Part shown: in pieces, positions 48,145-60,700 of the stretch
Numbering within the stretch: position 1 is the stretch's first letter
How the letters are laid out: every line of letters starts with the position of its first letter
Origin: Macrostomum lignano
Lineage: Eukaryota
Assembly: GCA_002269645.1 (NCBI GenBank)
Contig: NIVC01000629.1
Coordinates: forward strand, 1 to 64,000
Length of the DNA: 64,000 nucleotides
Reading direction: 5' to 3'
Notes under the pieces: generated by a model
Told to the model about the DNA's origin: nothing
What the model saw: only the letters and a program-made list of their open reading frames with translations
Databases searched by the model: none
Program-made: the position numbers and the translations under genes

Positions 48145-49725
48145 ATGAACCAAATTGTGTATGAAGGTGGATTGTTGGATATTCAGAAAGGATTAACAAG
48201 CTTACCACCAATATTTACTTGTGGGAAATATACAAATGAATCGCATATTCCGGCTATTCGTTTGCAGGTTACTCGTGGCCTGAGTGGTAGAAGCAAAGCT
48301 ACTGCTAGTCACTATTTGTGGCGACACCTTCAAATTGCGTGAAAGCCGTCATACAGCTTCAAGTACCACTTCAATTGAGAAATCTTTTAAAGGAACAGAG
48401 GTAACTCCTCTTCCCACTGGTAAAAAGCTTGAAGACAAGGTGGCAATGCGCAGCCAAGCTCCTAAGTTGATAATTCAATATGGAGAAGGTTCAGAGAGCA
48501 GACGGAAGTGGATGGTAATTTAGCTACTTAAGGTGTGCTCCAGCCTCTATCGAAAGACAGAGCGTAAACTGCCGGGGACTCGGTTAGATTTGAGATTAAA
48601 TCCTGATGACACACCAAAAGCTGATTCAATTCCCATCAACGGTATTGATTGGTTAGCATATTATCATGACTTAGCATACAGAAATGCCGACAAGAATTCT
48701 CCTGAGGAAGCATTAAGATTAAAGCATAAAGCTGATCGAAAGATGATTGAGGGATTAGATAATTTACAGGGATTATCGGTAAGCCAAAGATTAACTCAAT
48801 GGGTGGTTAAAAAGATTCTGCAATCTAAAGTTAAATTTGGTTTAGGAATTAATTACAATCAACATGGAAATAATTGTGTTGACTGTCTGTTATTACTCAT
48901 CAGTGGGTTAAGTTCTGATGAGGCAAAAACACTTCATAAAGAATACCGAAAACCGAAATTTTACCGAAAAATCATGAACTTCAAAAATAATGAAATTTGG
49001 TATGCTGACTTAATGTCGATGCCGAATGACAGAGGATATAAGTATATTTTAACTATATTAGATGGTTTTACTCGATATGCGCGTGGGCTATTCCATTGAA
49101 ATCCAAAAAAGGTGAAGTTGTTGCTGCTGCTTTTAGAAGTATTGGGGAGAAAAGCGAGCGTTTATGTGTTGATGAAGGAAAAGAATTTTACAATCCTCAT
49201 ATGTATAAATTATATCATTTTGAGAAAGGAAAAGAAAGGAAAAAGGACGCAAGCGGTGAGTATATCAATAAGATTTATTCTATTTATGGCGAAAGCAAAA
49301 ACGCGTTAATAGAGAGATTTAATAGAACTTTGGGGAAGAAATTGTGGTTTCAGTTCAGTCTTAACGGTAACCAAATGTGGGTAAAAAATAGTACCAGATG
49401 TAGTGAAAGATTATAATAATTCATATCATTCGGCGATAAATATGACTCCACAACAAGCTTATAACAATCCTGAAAATGTTAAAGTTACTTTTAGAGAAGT
49501 TGAAAAAAATAAAAAGAAATTTTTAAAGTTGGTGATCAAGTATATATTTATAAATGGAAAGATAAATTTGAAAAATGTCGAAAAGGCAACTGGAAGATTA
49601 GTGAGAAATTCATTGTAAGTAAAGTTTTGAATACAAATCCTACAACTTATATCATTGCCGATAAAGATGGTGAAGAAATATTAGGATCATTTTATGAGAA
49701 TCAATTACTTAAGGCAACAAGGTAA
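48145..49725 (+). pseudogene. PLA2-integrase fusion of A, join(48145-48269, 48572-), frameshifted
   Basis: Same exon/intron layout as in B. Confidence 0.85.
48270..48571 (+). ncRNA. Group I intron IC1, second copy (302 nt)
   Basis: Same insertion site GGT^CCG, same P1/P4/P7, an exact 11-nt tetraloop receptor CCUAAG...UAUGG, and a terminal G. Confidence 0.92.
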
Positions 49726-49857
49726 TAAATTTTTATAACAAACAAAAACAATATTATTACTATTATTGTTACTAAAATAATTATTGACATTTGTTTAACT
49801 GTTATCAAGCTTACATTTTCATTAAGTTCATTAAGTGGTACTTTTTTTCGATTTTTT

Positions 49858-49991
49858 GTTTTTTTCGATTGTTGGGGAGACTAGATGTGTTTATTTGTGT
49901 TTTTTAAGTTTCCTCCTAGTACCCCCCACTAGACCTTCAAATCGTATGTTTAATAGGTGCTCTCAGGGATAGACTCGTACTTTTACCTACT
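49858..49991. repeat. Right terminal repeat of A (internally truncated)
   Basis: Inverted copy of 13730 to about 13865. Confidence 0.85.
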
Positions 49992-50165
49992 CTGGGGATT
50001 CTGTATGACCCAGACTAGGGATTCTGGATGACCCAGACTGGGGATTCTATATGACCCAGACTGGGGATTCTGTATGACCCGAACAGGGGATTCTGTACGA
50101 CCCAGACTGGGGATTCTGTATGAACCGATCAGGGGATTCTGTATGACCCGGACTGGGGATTCTAT
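49992..50165. repeat. 23-bp satellite, right part
   Basis: Continuation of 13245-13726. Confidence 0.9.
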
Positions 50166-51055
50166 GATGGCATTCAGTAGAGTGTAGCTATGCATGCCAG
50201 GGTCTAACCTGGAGTTCGACACTACAATGTACATGAAGCACGTAGAGTTAAGCGATCAAAATCGAAAGACAAAAATATCATATTGCGTACTGACACACCA
50301 TATAGTAAGCTGGTTTGTTCATATAAAACACGCGTATATTGACCGAATTTTACAAAGAGTACACGAAGTCCCTTGATGCGCAGCATCAGGGGTGTATCAT
50401 ACATTATAAAGATATATCATTTATTATAAGCTAATAAATCTTGTAATACGAAATAAAAAACATAAGGCATGTTTTAAGAATATTGGACATTGTAAGCACA
50501 GATGGACGGATAAATAAGTAAATCGGGCAACTGTAGACTGGCAGGACTACCACAAATATTAATTATATTTTATTTCACTACCTGGGTGCATTGGAATAAA
50601 ATTACAGTGTTAGCATAAATAAAAATACAGACAGTTTCTCTATTACTGGCTACTTACAGTATTAACAAAGCGTTTTTATTTTTTTAAAATGATTAATTTA
50701 TTCGTCTATTTTAAAAGATTATCTAAACTGAAATAGATTTATTAAAATCTCCATCCCTAATCTCACGCTTGACTTAATATTATCCTTCGAAACTGCTTAC
50801 CTCTACTCTTTTCTGTCAGTAAGATAGCAATTATACATTAGTAAGATCTCAAATGAGTCAGTCAGTCAGATCTCAATGAGACGTCAGTCAGATCTCAATG
50901 AGATGTCAGTCAGATCTCAATGAGATGTCAGTCAGATCTCAATGAGATGTCAATCAGATCTCAATCCTAAAGTGTCATAAAAACTGCATGTATAATAAAT
51001 TTTTTCATTGAATATATTCTAAAGTAAATTTATCAGTCGCGGTCACGCCCCAGCA

Positions 51056-53592
51056 TCACAGATGCCGCAGCTCATTCTCCAGGCCGTACATCATCGCTTT
51101 GAGCTGTTTAAGCTCGTCGCCCAGCTGCTTAGACCGGCCGGAGGTGGCCCGCACCTCCTTCAACAGGGCCATGTCGACGCCGTCGGCACCAACATCGGCG
51201 GCCCCGCCGCCGGCTGGACGCAACAGTCGGGCGCCGTTGGTTACGCTGTCGCCCAGTCCGATGGTCAGCTTGTACAGCTGACGCTCGACGCCGCGCAGCT
51301 TCTGTCTGAGCTGTTGAATGTCGGTTTTGAAGCCTTCGACTTCTAGATTGCGCCGACGTTCCAGCTCGGCGTAGCGCTGGTTCATCAGCTGCAGGCGGCC
51401 GCCGATTTTGCTGGCCCGGTCTTTGTAGAGATCGGCGGCCGACTCGCGCTCCTCCCGCAGCCTGCACAGCTGGTCCTCGGCCTGCACCACCTGCGGTTGG
51501 CGGCAGCGGGGTGTGGGGTGCCAGGGAGACCCTCCAACACAATGGTCTGGGGTGTCAGGGGGACCCTCCAACACAATGGTCTGGGGTGTCAGGGGGACCC
51601 TCCAACACAATGGTCTGGGGTATCAGGGGGACCCTCCAACACAATGGTCTGGGGTGTCAGGGGGACCCTCCAACACAATGGTCTGGGGTGTCAGGGGGAC
51701 CCTCCAACACAATGGTCTGGGGTGTCCCTATACATATCGGCCAGCTCACCTGCTCCCTATACATATCGGCCAGCTCAGTCTGCTGCTGCAGCTGATACTC
51801 CAAAGTTTTGACCTGCTGTCTCAGTTCGTCAACCACAGCCGACTGCTCAGCTTTGGCCCAGCTGGCCTCAGCCTGTCCGGAGACCAGCTGCCGCAGGCGC
51901 TCCCGCTCAGATGGGGTATTCTGATACCTGGGCCGGCGAGTCTCAATCTCCTGAAGTAGGCGGGCCTTCTCCTGTATCCAGGTCTTCTCTGCCTGCTTGT
52001 GCACCTTGCGCTGCTCCAATAAATCTTTAGTACTGTCTTGCAGCATCTCCTGGGCCCGTTTGAGCTTGTCGGCAAGCTCTTTGATCTTGTCCTGATCCCG
52101 ATCCCGGCTGGAATCCGCTTCCATTGCGCGAATACGCCGGTCCTCCATTAGTGCGTTAACCTGCGGGATTGTGTGGGAGTTTAACATGAGCTTACCAATG
52201 ACCGGTGCTCACGTGACTACAGAAATTGGTCATGATCGATGCTAATATGACTAGAAATGAGACACGACATGACATTATTTGAAAGCGGTGCAATGATCAC
52301 AATTCTGTAATGACATTATTCTAATGACTAGAAAGGGGTGTAATGACCATTATTCTAATGACTAAAAAGGGGTGTAATGAATAAAAACATACAAAAAAGA
52401 GAATAGGAACGGACACATAACTAGATAAGAGCCTACAGTAATACAGATAAAAGAAGCAGACCCCACTCACTCACCTGCTCCTTAGACAGTTTAGCCTGCT
52501 CCTCCAGCTGGCTCTGCAGCGAGTGCAGCTGCAGCCGGAGCGAGTCGCACTCCCTCAGCACAGCTTCGTGCTCCAACGCTGGCACAGTTTTGCGCAACGC
52601 CTCAGGCAACGCTTGAGCAGCGCGTAGCAACTGCGGATTAGCCGACTTAGCGGCCTGTTGCACCTGGCCGGGCAGTTTCTGGGGCACAACGGCCACGTCT
52701 GGCGGCTCCTTGAGGAAATAAGTGACTTCGCTGTCGCTAACGCCGGAAATTTGCAACAGATGGGCCATCTTCTTTCTATCTTGCAGCTCTTTGATCTTCA
52801 ATCGGTCATTCTCGGCGTATAGGCGAAGTACTTGGTCGCGCTCCTTGAGGGGGAAATAAGGCAAGTTTTGTTTTATACTACCGAGTGGAGTAATCAGTAG
52901 TAACTATAGAATTGAGTTTTTCAAATTAAATTGTGCCCAAATATGATTATTGAATGCCGAAAGTACAAAGCATTTTTAGATGCATGAAAGTTGCATCCTC
53001 CAGACGGACTCCCTTGAGCAGGCACAAAAGCGCGTGGATACGTACGCAGTCAAACGCACAGACACACACTCACACAGGAGTGTACAGCGGCCCTAACTTT
53101 CGGTCATGTGAGAAGCTTATAGTTATCGTGAAAGTGATTAACGCCATTGCCTCTTACCTGGAATAGGTACACCTGCAGATCAGACAGGGCCTTCTGCAGT
53201 TCGGCAATCTCGTCCTCGCGCTGGCGCAGCTCCCACTGCAGCCGGTGCTGGTCGCCGCAGGCGGCACTAAATTCCTGCAGCCGATGCTCCAGCTGCTGAT
53301 GATCGGCATCGAGGTCTTGAACTTTTCGCCTGTAGTAATCCAGCAGCTCCTTGGACGGCTGCATCAGGGCCAGGCGGGCACCGAGATCGTCGCGCGGCGT
53401 CGGAGACTGACGGCCGTGACTAGCTGACGCTGTCGGCGCCGGTTGCGTTGGCGCCGACGAAGTTGGCGCGTTTTGTGCGCCGCTGCTACTGGCGCCACGC
53501 TTTGATGTCGCCGCAGGAGTTTGGCGCGTTGACGGCTTCACCGACCGCCTGTTTGGCGCCTGCGCCTGCTGTTTCTGCTTGGTCTGTTCAGG
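51056..53592 (-). CDS. CCDC77: Coiled-coil domain-containing protein 77; exons 53592-53158, 52843-52475, 52160-51750, 51490-51056 (first exon not located)
   Basis: SKELLDYY...QREDEIAELQKALSDLQVYLFQ|ERDQVLRLYAENDRLKIKEL and ERRRNLEVEGFKTDI match CCDC77. GT-AG junctions preserve frame. Confidence 0.85.
51510..51725. repeat. 32-bp intronic tandem repeat (GGGGGACCCTCCAACACAATGGTCTGGGGTGTCA-like)
   Basis: Directly visible. Confidence 0.85.
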
Positions 53593-56500
53593 CTACAAAT
53601 GTCATTATATAAGACACTTTAGCATACATGCTTAACACCCAGTAAGTCTGGCCAAGGAAAGTTGAAATAACGCCGACCCAAAACAATACAAACGTAGTAC
53701 TAATTAGATGACGAGGCATTTAGCCTTAATAATACATCTATAGTTACTCCTGTCCTTTACCCAAAATTACGTGAATTTGGTTTAGGGTTTCTTTCATAGG
53801 TAAGTCGCATTTTTTGGTCAAAAAGTAAGTTGCAGTTGTCACTACAGGCAGTTGTCATGCAGGCAATTGTCACTGCAGGCAGTTTTCATGCAGGCAGTTG
53901 TCACTGCAGGCAGTTGTCATGCAGGCAATTGTCATGCAAGCAGTTGTCATGCAGGCAGTTGTTGCGCAAGCAGTTGTTGTGCAGGCAATTGTGCATAAGT
54001 AATTGTTGTAAGAACTGTATCTAAAATTTCAGCCATAGACACTCATGGGTGATTATGTGATGGCTCTTTCATTTTAATGATTAATGACTCTTTCATGGAG
54101 GCATTCCTAGATGCAATGCCTTATGGGTGTTTCCTCCACTATGCTTAAGCAATGTTAGCAAAGATGAAAAAAATTGGGCTATATATAGAGATATTTGCCA
54201 CAACGTGACTTGACTATCTAAGGTAAAGAAATAAGAGCTCAATGAAATTGTCTTTAAGTTTATACTAAACAAAGTTAGAAGTTTTACATTGAAACAAATT
54301 AGTTGGGGAAATTTTAGGTCTAGCATTAGGGGAAAAATCTTACTTTCATAATGTTAGAACAAATTTTGAGACTAATATTATATAGTATTACAATTAAAAA
54401 TGATGCAGCTACTTGTTTAAAATATTAATGATTTATTAATAGGCCCTAAAAAGATTAGGCATATATCTAATAATAATGATAATTAATTGGTTTTTTTCTA
54501 TATTTTATTTTAAATTTTAGAACTAAATTTGCTAATTTAAGTTTAGATTATCTTTATTAATTTTTATTTAAAGTTTTATAATAGCCACAATTTAGCTTTG
54601 ACTTTGTTTGAGAATTAAGTTTTGAGCATATTGATAAATAATATCTAAAAAATGCAAAGACTAGCTAGGGCCTAAGAGCTATACCCTGTTGACTATTCTT
54701 ATAATCTTATATTTATAGGGGCCTAAAGCAATAATATTGGCCCTGGCCTAGGCCTAAGCTGCCTAACTAACATATCTGCAAGAGCCAAGCAGCATGTTTA
54801 AATATTATATAGATTTAAATTTATAGTTTTTATATGTAAAGGGCCTCTCCCGATTTCTTTATCAATTAGTCACCGGTTAGCCAAATTAAACTTACGCAAA
54901 AACTAAGAAATATATTTTGTTTTACTACTCGTATTTTCAAAAATATTTCACGCGAATTAATTTTTGTTTTAAATCATCGTAAAAATTAGTATAAATAGAA
55001 GCATTTTCGGTGGAGGGAGAACCAACCTCGCGCATTGCAGTTCAATAATAAAACAGTTGATAGCTAATAATAAGAGTTCCGAGAAAATCTAATTGAAGAG
55101 GTGTTTTCTGTGTTAATTCCTTTTAAGAAGTAAGAGTGAAATAGACTGAAGCGTATACAGTATATACTATTGAGAAGCAGCAGTATTGAGTAGTAAGAGA
55201 ATACGAAGTAGATCTGAAGTCATACGTGTAAGAATAACCGGAGGCTATGACCCTCTGATCTCGGTAACGCCCAAGGACTTGCAAAGTACATGGAATACAT
55301 ATACCAGTATAGCCAATAGACCACTCAGGCCAGAATAATAATAAACGCTACCAGAACAATAGTAAACGCTACTGGAATAACAGGAGAACGAGAACAATTG
55401 TAAGGGCTAAATAATATTCTAAGAACAATATACTCAGATAAATACTCAGAAAAAATACTCAGATAAATACTCAGACTAAATACTCAGATAAATACTCAGA
55501 CTAAATACTCAGATAAATACTCAGACTAAATACTCAGATCAATTCTAAGAAACATTTCTCAGATTATTCTAAGATTGATAAACTCATAATTTATTAATAG
55601 GCCTAGGATAATCCTGGTGGCAGCTACCAACTTAAAAGATTAGTGTAGGAAGTTTAGCCCTCTGACAATCCTAGTGGCAGCTAGTAAGGCTAAACAAAAA
55701 ATAATTAGGAGCCCTGGGACTGGGGACAGCTTTTGGTAACAACAGTGGGATATTATTAGGCCTAAGAAGGAAGAATCACCCCTGTTACATATACTTTATC
55801 TTTATATTTATTAATTATAGCATGCTTGATAATATATAATTTTGTATTAACAATTTAGTAAAATAGTAGGCCCTAAATTGGCCTAATATAAAGGAACCAG
55901 AAGATTTGGAGGAAATGAAAGATTAATCCTGCAGTTAAAAGCAAAACAAAAAATTAAACTATACAGTCCACCTTAAGCTTAGTCCTAGAGTCGAGATCCA
56001 AGCCTAAGCCTAAAAGCCTAGTATACTGTATACACTATACACATAGATAGGTCTAGCCTAGGTAGGCAGGCAGCTAGGGGGCCTCGCCGGCTCGCCCTCG
56101 CGTTGGCCATTGGGCCTACTATGTCATGTGGCTAAATCTGTAGACAACCTGTGGGCTGTGGTTTACTTAATAGACTGCAGGGGTAAAAAGCTCAGTAAAA
56201 TGTATCCCATAAACAGTCTATTTTCTTAACAGTTAACCGAATTTTATACTGAGACATGTACTGTTAGGAGAGTTATGGCCTGATATATGGTAGTGGTACC
56301 CCTGTACCTGTACCGATAGGTTTTTTTAGATTTGAATATAGTAAGTCAGCAAGTATGAAATTCTACTTCTAGCCAACAATTTATTATTATAGCATTTTTT
56401 AAATAACAGCGTTGCAAACACTTAAAAATAAAATTCTAATGTTTGTTGTTTCACTGAACTAAAGTAATAACCTCGAATTTTAAAAAAGAAGAAATACCGC

Positions 56501-57749
56501 GGTTTATCATCTTATCATCATGATGACGCGTTTGTTTCCCCATTGATATCCGCATTGATATTCGAATTTTAGCAAAAACAAAATACTAAATGCAATCCGT
56601 AGCATGAAACTTTACACAGAGTAAACTGCAACCGTGAAGCGACTATTGGTCAAGTTTCAGCTCGATATGTAACTTTGGCTTTGAGCGGGAGCGATTTTCG
56701 ATGTGTTCCATTTAAAATACATACGTATGTGACTCCAAAAATTCATATTGATATTCGAGTACAGGTACTTCTGCCTCACCAATCTTGACGAAACTTTCTA
56801 TCGGCCATCATCCATGTAGAATAAATCGATTTAGTCTTTTCTGGTCTGTATGGCATCACCATTCCCTTATTTTTAAATTGATATTACGCCATGCCTACCA
56901 ATCCAATATTAATTACATATGACCAACTATGAAAAGCTTCTTGTACTACAATAGGTGTAGCTATCAAATATTTCAAGTTGTTTTATTGTTCACACATTGA
57001 AGTAATAATTAACTTTAGTATGTTCAAAAATAATAGTAGCTGTTATTTTTCTACACTATATAACAGGCAGTTATTAAATCAGATTTTTATTTAAAATTTG
57101 TGTGCAATAAATTTTAGCCTAAAAAAATGCTAATAGGATTATAAAATACTTTTGTTAGCTAAGTTAGGCACTTAGGGTTTTAGTTTTGTAACAAAACTTT
57201 TGTTATTCTTTGGTAATATTTAAGTAATTAAAGAAAAATGTAAACCATTAGTTATTGTTTAATTTACAAATTCTCTTAATACAAATTTGCCACAATCCTG
57301 CTATAATTTTTTTATGATTTATATGCCTAATTATTAGATAGCTATAATAAAAGTGTACTTTTATGCTAACATTGGGCCTATCAATATGTTATCACTATAT
57401 TAGTATTGTTCAATGACAGATCTGGGGCATAGGGCTATACTGACCCTCAAAATTTTTGTAGATTTATACTTGTAATATCTCAAGAATAAGCCTCAACTAA
57501 TATTATTAATCAGCTTAATTTTATTAAAAACAGTTTTTTAACAGTTAATATCATTAATACTAATAATAGTTAAATTATAAAATTATAAAATTATTTTTTA
57601 TAATTGATTTTTTCTTGAAAGAGAGAATATTAAATTTCCTCACTAATAGCAACCTTAGGCTTAACTTTAAAAACAAAATATTTACTAGAAAATTTGTTAT
57701 ATTATACCTTTTTAACTGCATGTTGGCTCATCTATACTTATAATTTTGC

Positions 57750-60700
57750 ATGGCAATGCAAAACATGGATAGCAAATTAAAACTAGCTTTTGATGAATAT
57801 ATCCTGCTTGAGCAGAATGTCACTTTTCGCAATGAACTAATAAACTTAGCTCAGAGTAGCCCAGCTGATCTAGCCAAGCGACTGCTTAACCGTATGGAAT
57901 TTGGTACAGCTGGGTTGCGAGCCCGCATTGGGGCTGGCTTTGCCTGCATGAATGATCTAACACTGGTGCAGACTGGCCAAGGCCTTTTTAGCTACATGCA
58001 GGTAAGCAGATCTTGCCTTCTTGCCTCACTATCTATAATGTTAACTAAAGTGTTTGCTACAGGTAGGTTTTTTACAAAATGCTGATTCTTGCAAATCGAG
58101 ACAATTGGCCTAGTCAGCTTGCAGCCAGCTCCTAAACTCTCATTAACTCCTAAAGTTGGCAGCAGGCAGCAACAATACATATATTGGCACACATTCATAT
58201 AGAGCAGGGGTCGGTAAAGAAACTTGCTAATAGCTGCAGGCCGGATGAGAGAGGAGAGAAGAGGGAATAGAATAGAGAAAGAAGAGGAAATAGGAGATGA
58301 GAGAGAAGAGAAGAGAGGAAAGGCGAGAGAGATAGGAGGAGAGAGGAAAAAGAAAAGAAGGGAGAGGCGAAGAGAAGATAGATAAGATAAGAGATGAAAT
58401 GAGAGAAGATGACAGGAGAGAGGAGAGCATAGAAACGAGAGAAGAGGTAGAGAGGAGAAAAATGAGTTCATCATTTTCATGGGAGAGAATTTCATAGAGA
58501 GAGAGACAATTTCATGGGAGAGAATCGAGAGAAGAGGGGAGAGAGCATGTATAAGAAAGCTGAGAAGATACCTTGAGCGGGGCCGGATTGCCATTATGAT
58601 GTTCAAAGGATCTGAGAGCCGGATAGAGAGGCTTTATTGGCCGCATGTGGACCGCGGGCCGGAGTATTGTACCTTAATCCACTATCATGATGGCGATCTA
58701 ATTCTCCGGATCTTACATCTCCAACTAGGCCCAGTTCCCGGACCTTACCAAACGCAGCATTGTTGTTGGCTTCGATGGCAGGCACCATTCGGATCGGTGG
58801 GCCCGACTTACTGCCAACATATTCCGTCGGAAAGGTGTGAAGGTATGTTTTCATTTTTCAATGAGGTTATTGTATCCTGTGCATAGATAGATAGCAAAAC
58901 AGCTGCTATATTATAATATCCACTATCAATATCAGATGCTGCTTCAGTCTGCTTGTCGTAACTGATGTTGGAGTCTGTCTGTCATAACTGATGTTGGAGT
59001 CTGTCTGCCATAACTGATGTTGGAGTCTGTCTGTCATAATGATGGAGTCTGTCTGTCATAATGATGGAGTCTGTCTGTCATAATGATGGAGTCTGTCTGT
59101 CATAATGATGGAGTCTGTCTGTCATAATGATGGAGTCTGTCTGTCATAATGATGGAGTCTGTCTGTCAAATGATGTTGGAGTCTGTTTGTCATAACTGAT
59201 GTTGGAGTCTGTCATAACTGATGTTGGAGTTTGTCATAACTGATGTTGGAGTTTGTCTGTCATAAATGATGTTGGAGTCTGTCTGTCATAACTGATGTTG
59301 GAGTCTGTCTGTCATAACTGATGTTGGAGCCTGTCTGTCATAATGATGGAGTCTGTCATAATGATGGAGTCTGTCTGTCATAATGATGGAGTCTGTCTGT
59401 CATAATGATGGAGTCTGTCTGTCAAATGATGTTGGAGTCTGTCTGTCATAAATGATGTTGGAGTCTGTCATAACTGATGTTGGAGTCTGTCTGTCATAAC
59501 TGATGTTGGAGTTTGTCATAACTGATGTTGGAGTTTGTCTGTCATAAATGATGTTGGAGTCTGTCTGTCATAACTGATGTTGGAGTCTGTCTGTCATAAT
59601 GATGGAGTCTGTCTGTCATAATGATGGAGTCTGTCTGTCATAATGATGAAGTCTGTCTGTCAAATGATGTTGGAGTCTGTCTGTCATTAATGATGTTGGA
59701 GTCTGTCATAACTGATGTTGGAGTCTGTCATAACTGATGTTGGAGTTTGTCATAACTGATGTTGGAGTCTGTCATAACTGATGTTGGAGTCTGTCATAAC
59801 TGATGTTGGAGTTTGTCTGTCATAAATGATGTTGGAGTCTGTTTGTCATAAATGATGTTGGAGTCTGTCTGTCATAAATGATGTTGGAGTCTGTCTGTCA
59901 TAACTGATGTTGGAGTCTGTCATAACTGATGTTGGAGTTTGTCTGTCATAACTGATGTTGAAGTTTGTCTGTCATAAATGATGTTGGAGTCTGTCTGTCA
60001 TAAATGATGTTGGAGTTTGTCATAAATGATGTTGGAGTCTGTCATAAATGATTTTAAAGTGTGTCTGTCATAAATGATGCTGGAGTTTGTCTGTCATAAA
60101 TGATGTTGGAGTCTGTCTGTCATAAATGATGTTGGAGTTTGTCATAAATGATGTTAAAGTGTGTCTGTCATAAATGATGTTGGAGTTTGTCATAAATGAT
60201 GTTAAAGTGTGTCAGTCATAACTGATGTTGGAGTTTGTCTGTCATAAATGATGTTGGAGTCTGTCTGTCATAAATGATGTTGGAGTTTGTCATAAATGAT
60301 GTTAAAGTGTGTCTGTCATAAATGATGTTGGAGTCTGTCATAAATGATGTTAAAGTGTGTCTGTCATAAATGATGTTGGAGTCTGTCTGTCATAAATGAT
60401 GTTGGAGTCTGTCATAAATGATGTTGAAGTCTGTCATAAATGATTTTAAAGTGTGTCTGTCATAAATGATGCTGGAGTCTGTCTGTCATAAATGATGTTG
60501 AAGTCTGTCATAAATGATGTTGGAGTCTATTAATTAATGATTATGTCTGAGAGTGGTCGGTTAGTCAATCGAAATCAATGAAACAGTTTTCATTTGACAA
60601 TCACGAACCCGTCTTCTGCCGCACAGGTTTACCTGTACTCAGCCGTCACCCCGACTCCATTTGTGCCGTTTGCAATTCGCCGCCTCGGCGCCGCAGCCGG

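Larger units (their letters stand above)
13727..49991. mobile_element. Polinton/adintovirus A (outer, decayed, about 11.5 kb of native DNA, lacks pPolB)
   Basis: AGTAGTAGG...CCTACT termini, 6-bp TSD CTGGGG (13721-26 and 49992-97), TIRs, and MCP, penton, ATPase, protease, integrase and fiber homologues. Orientation is opposite to element B. Confidence 0.95.

Noticed and set aside
54000-57700. Possible DNA-transposon remnants and the missing CCDC77 first exon
   Set aside because: AT-rich, with no TIR/TSD pair or exon that I could support.
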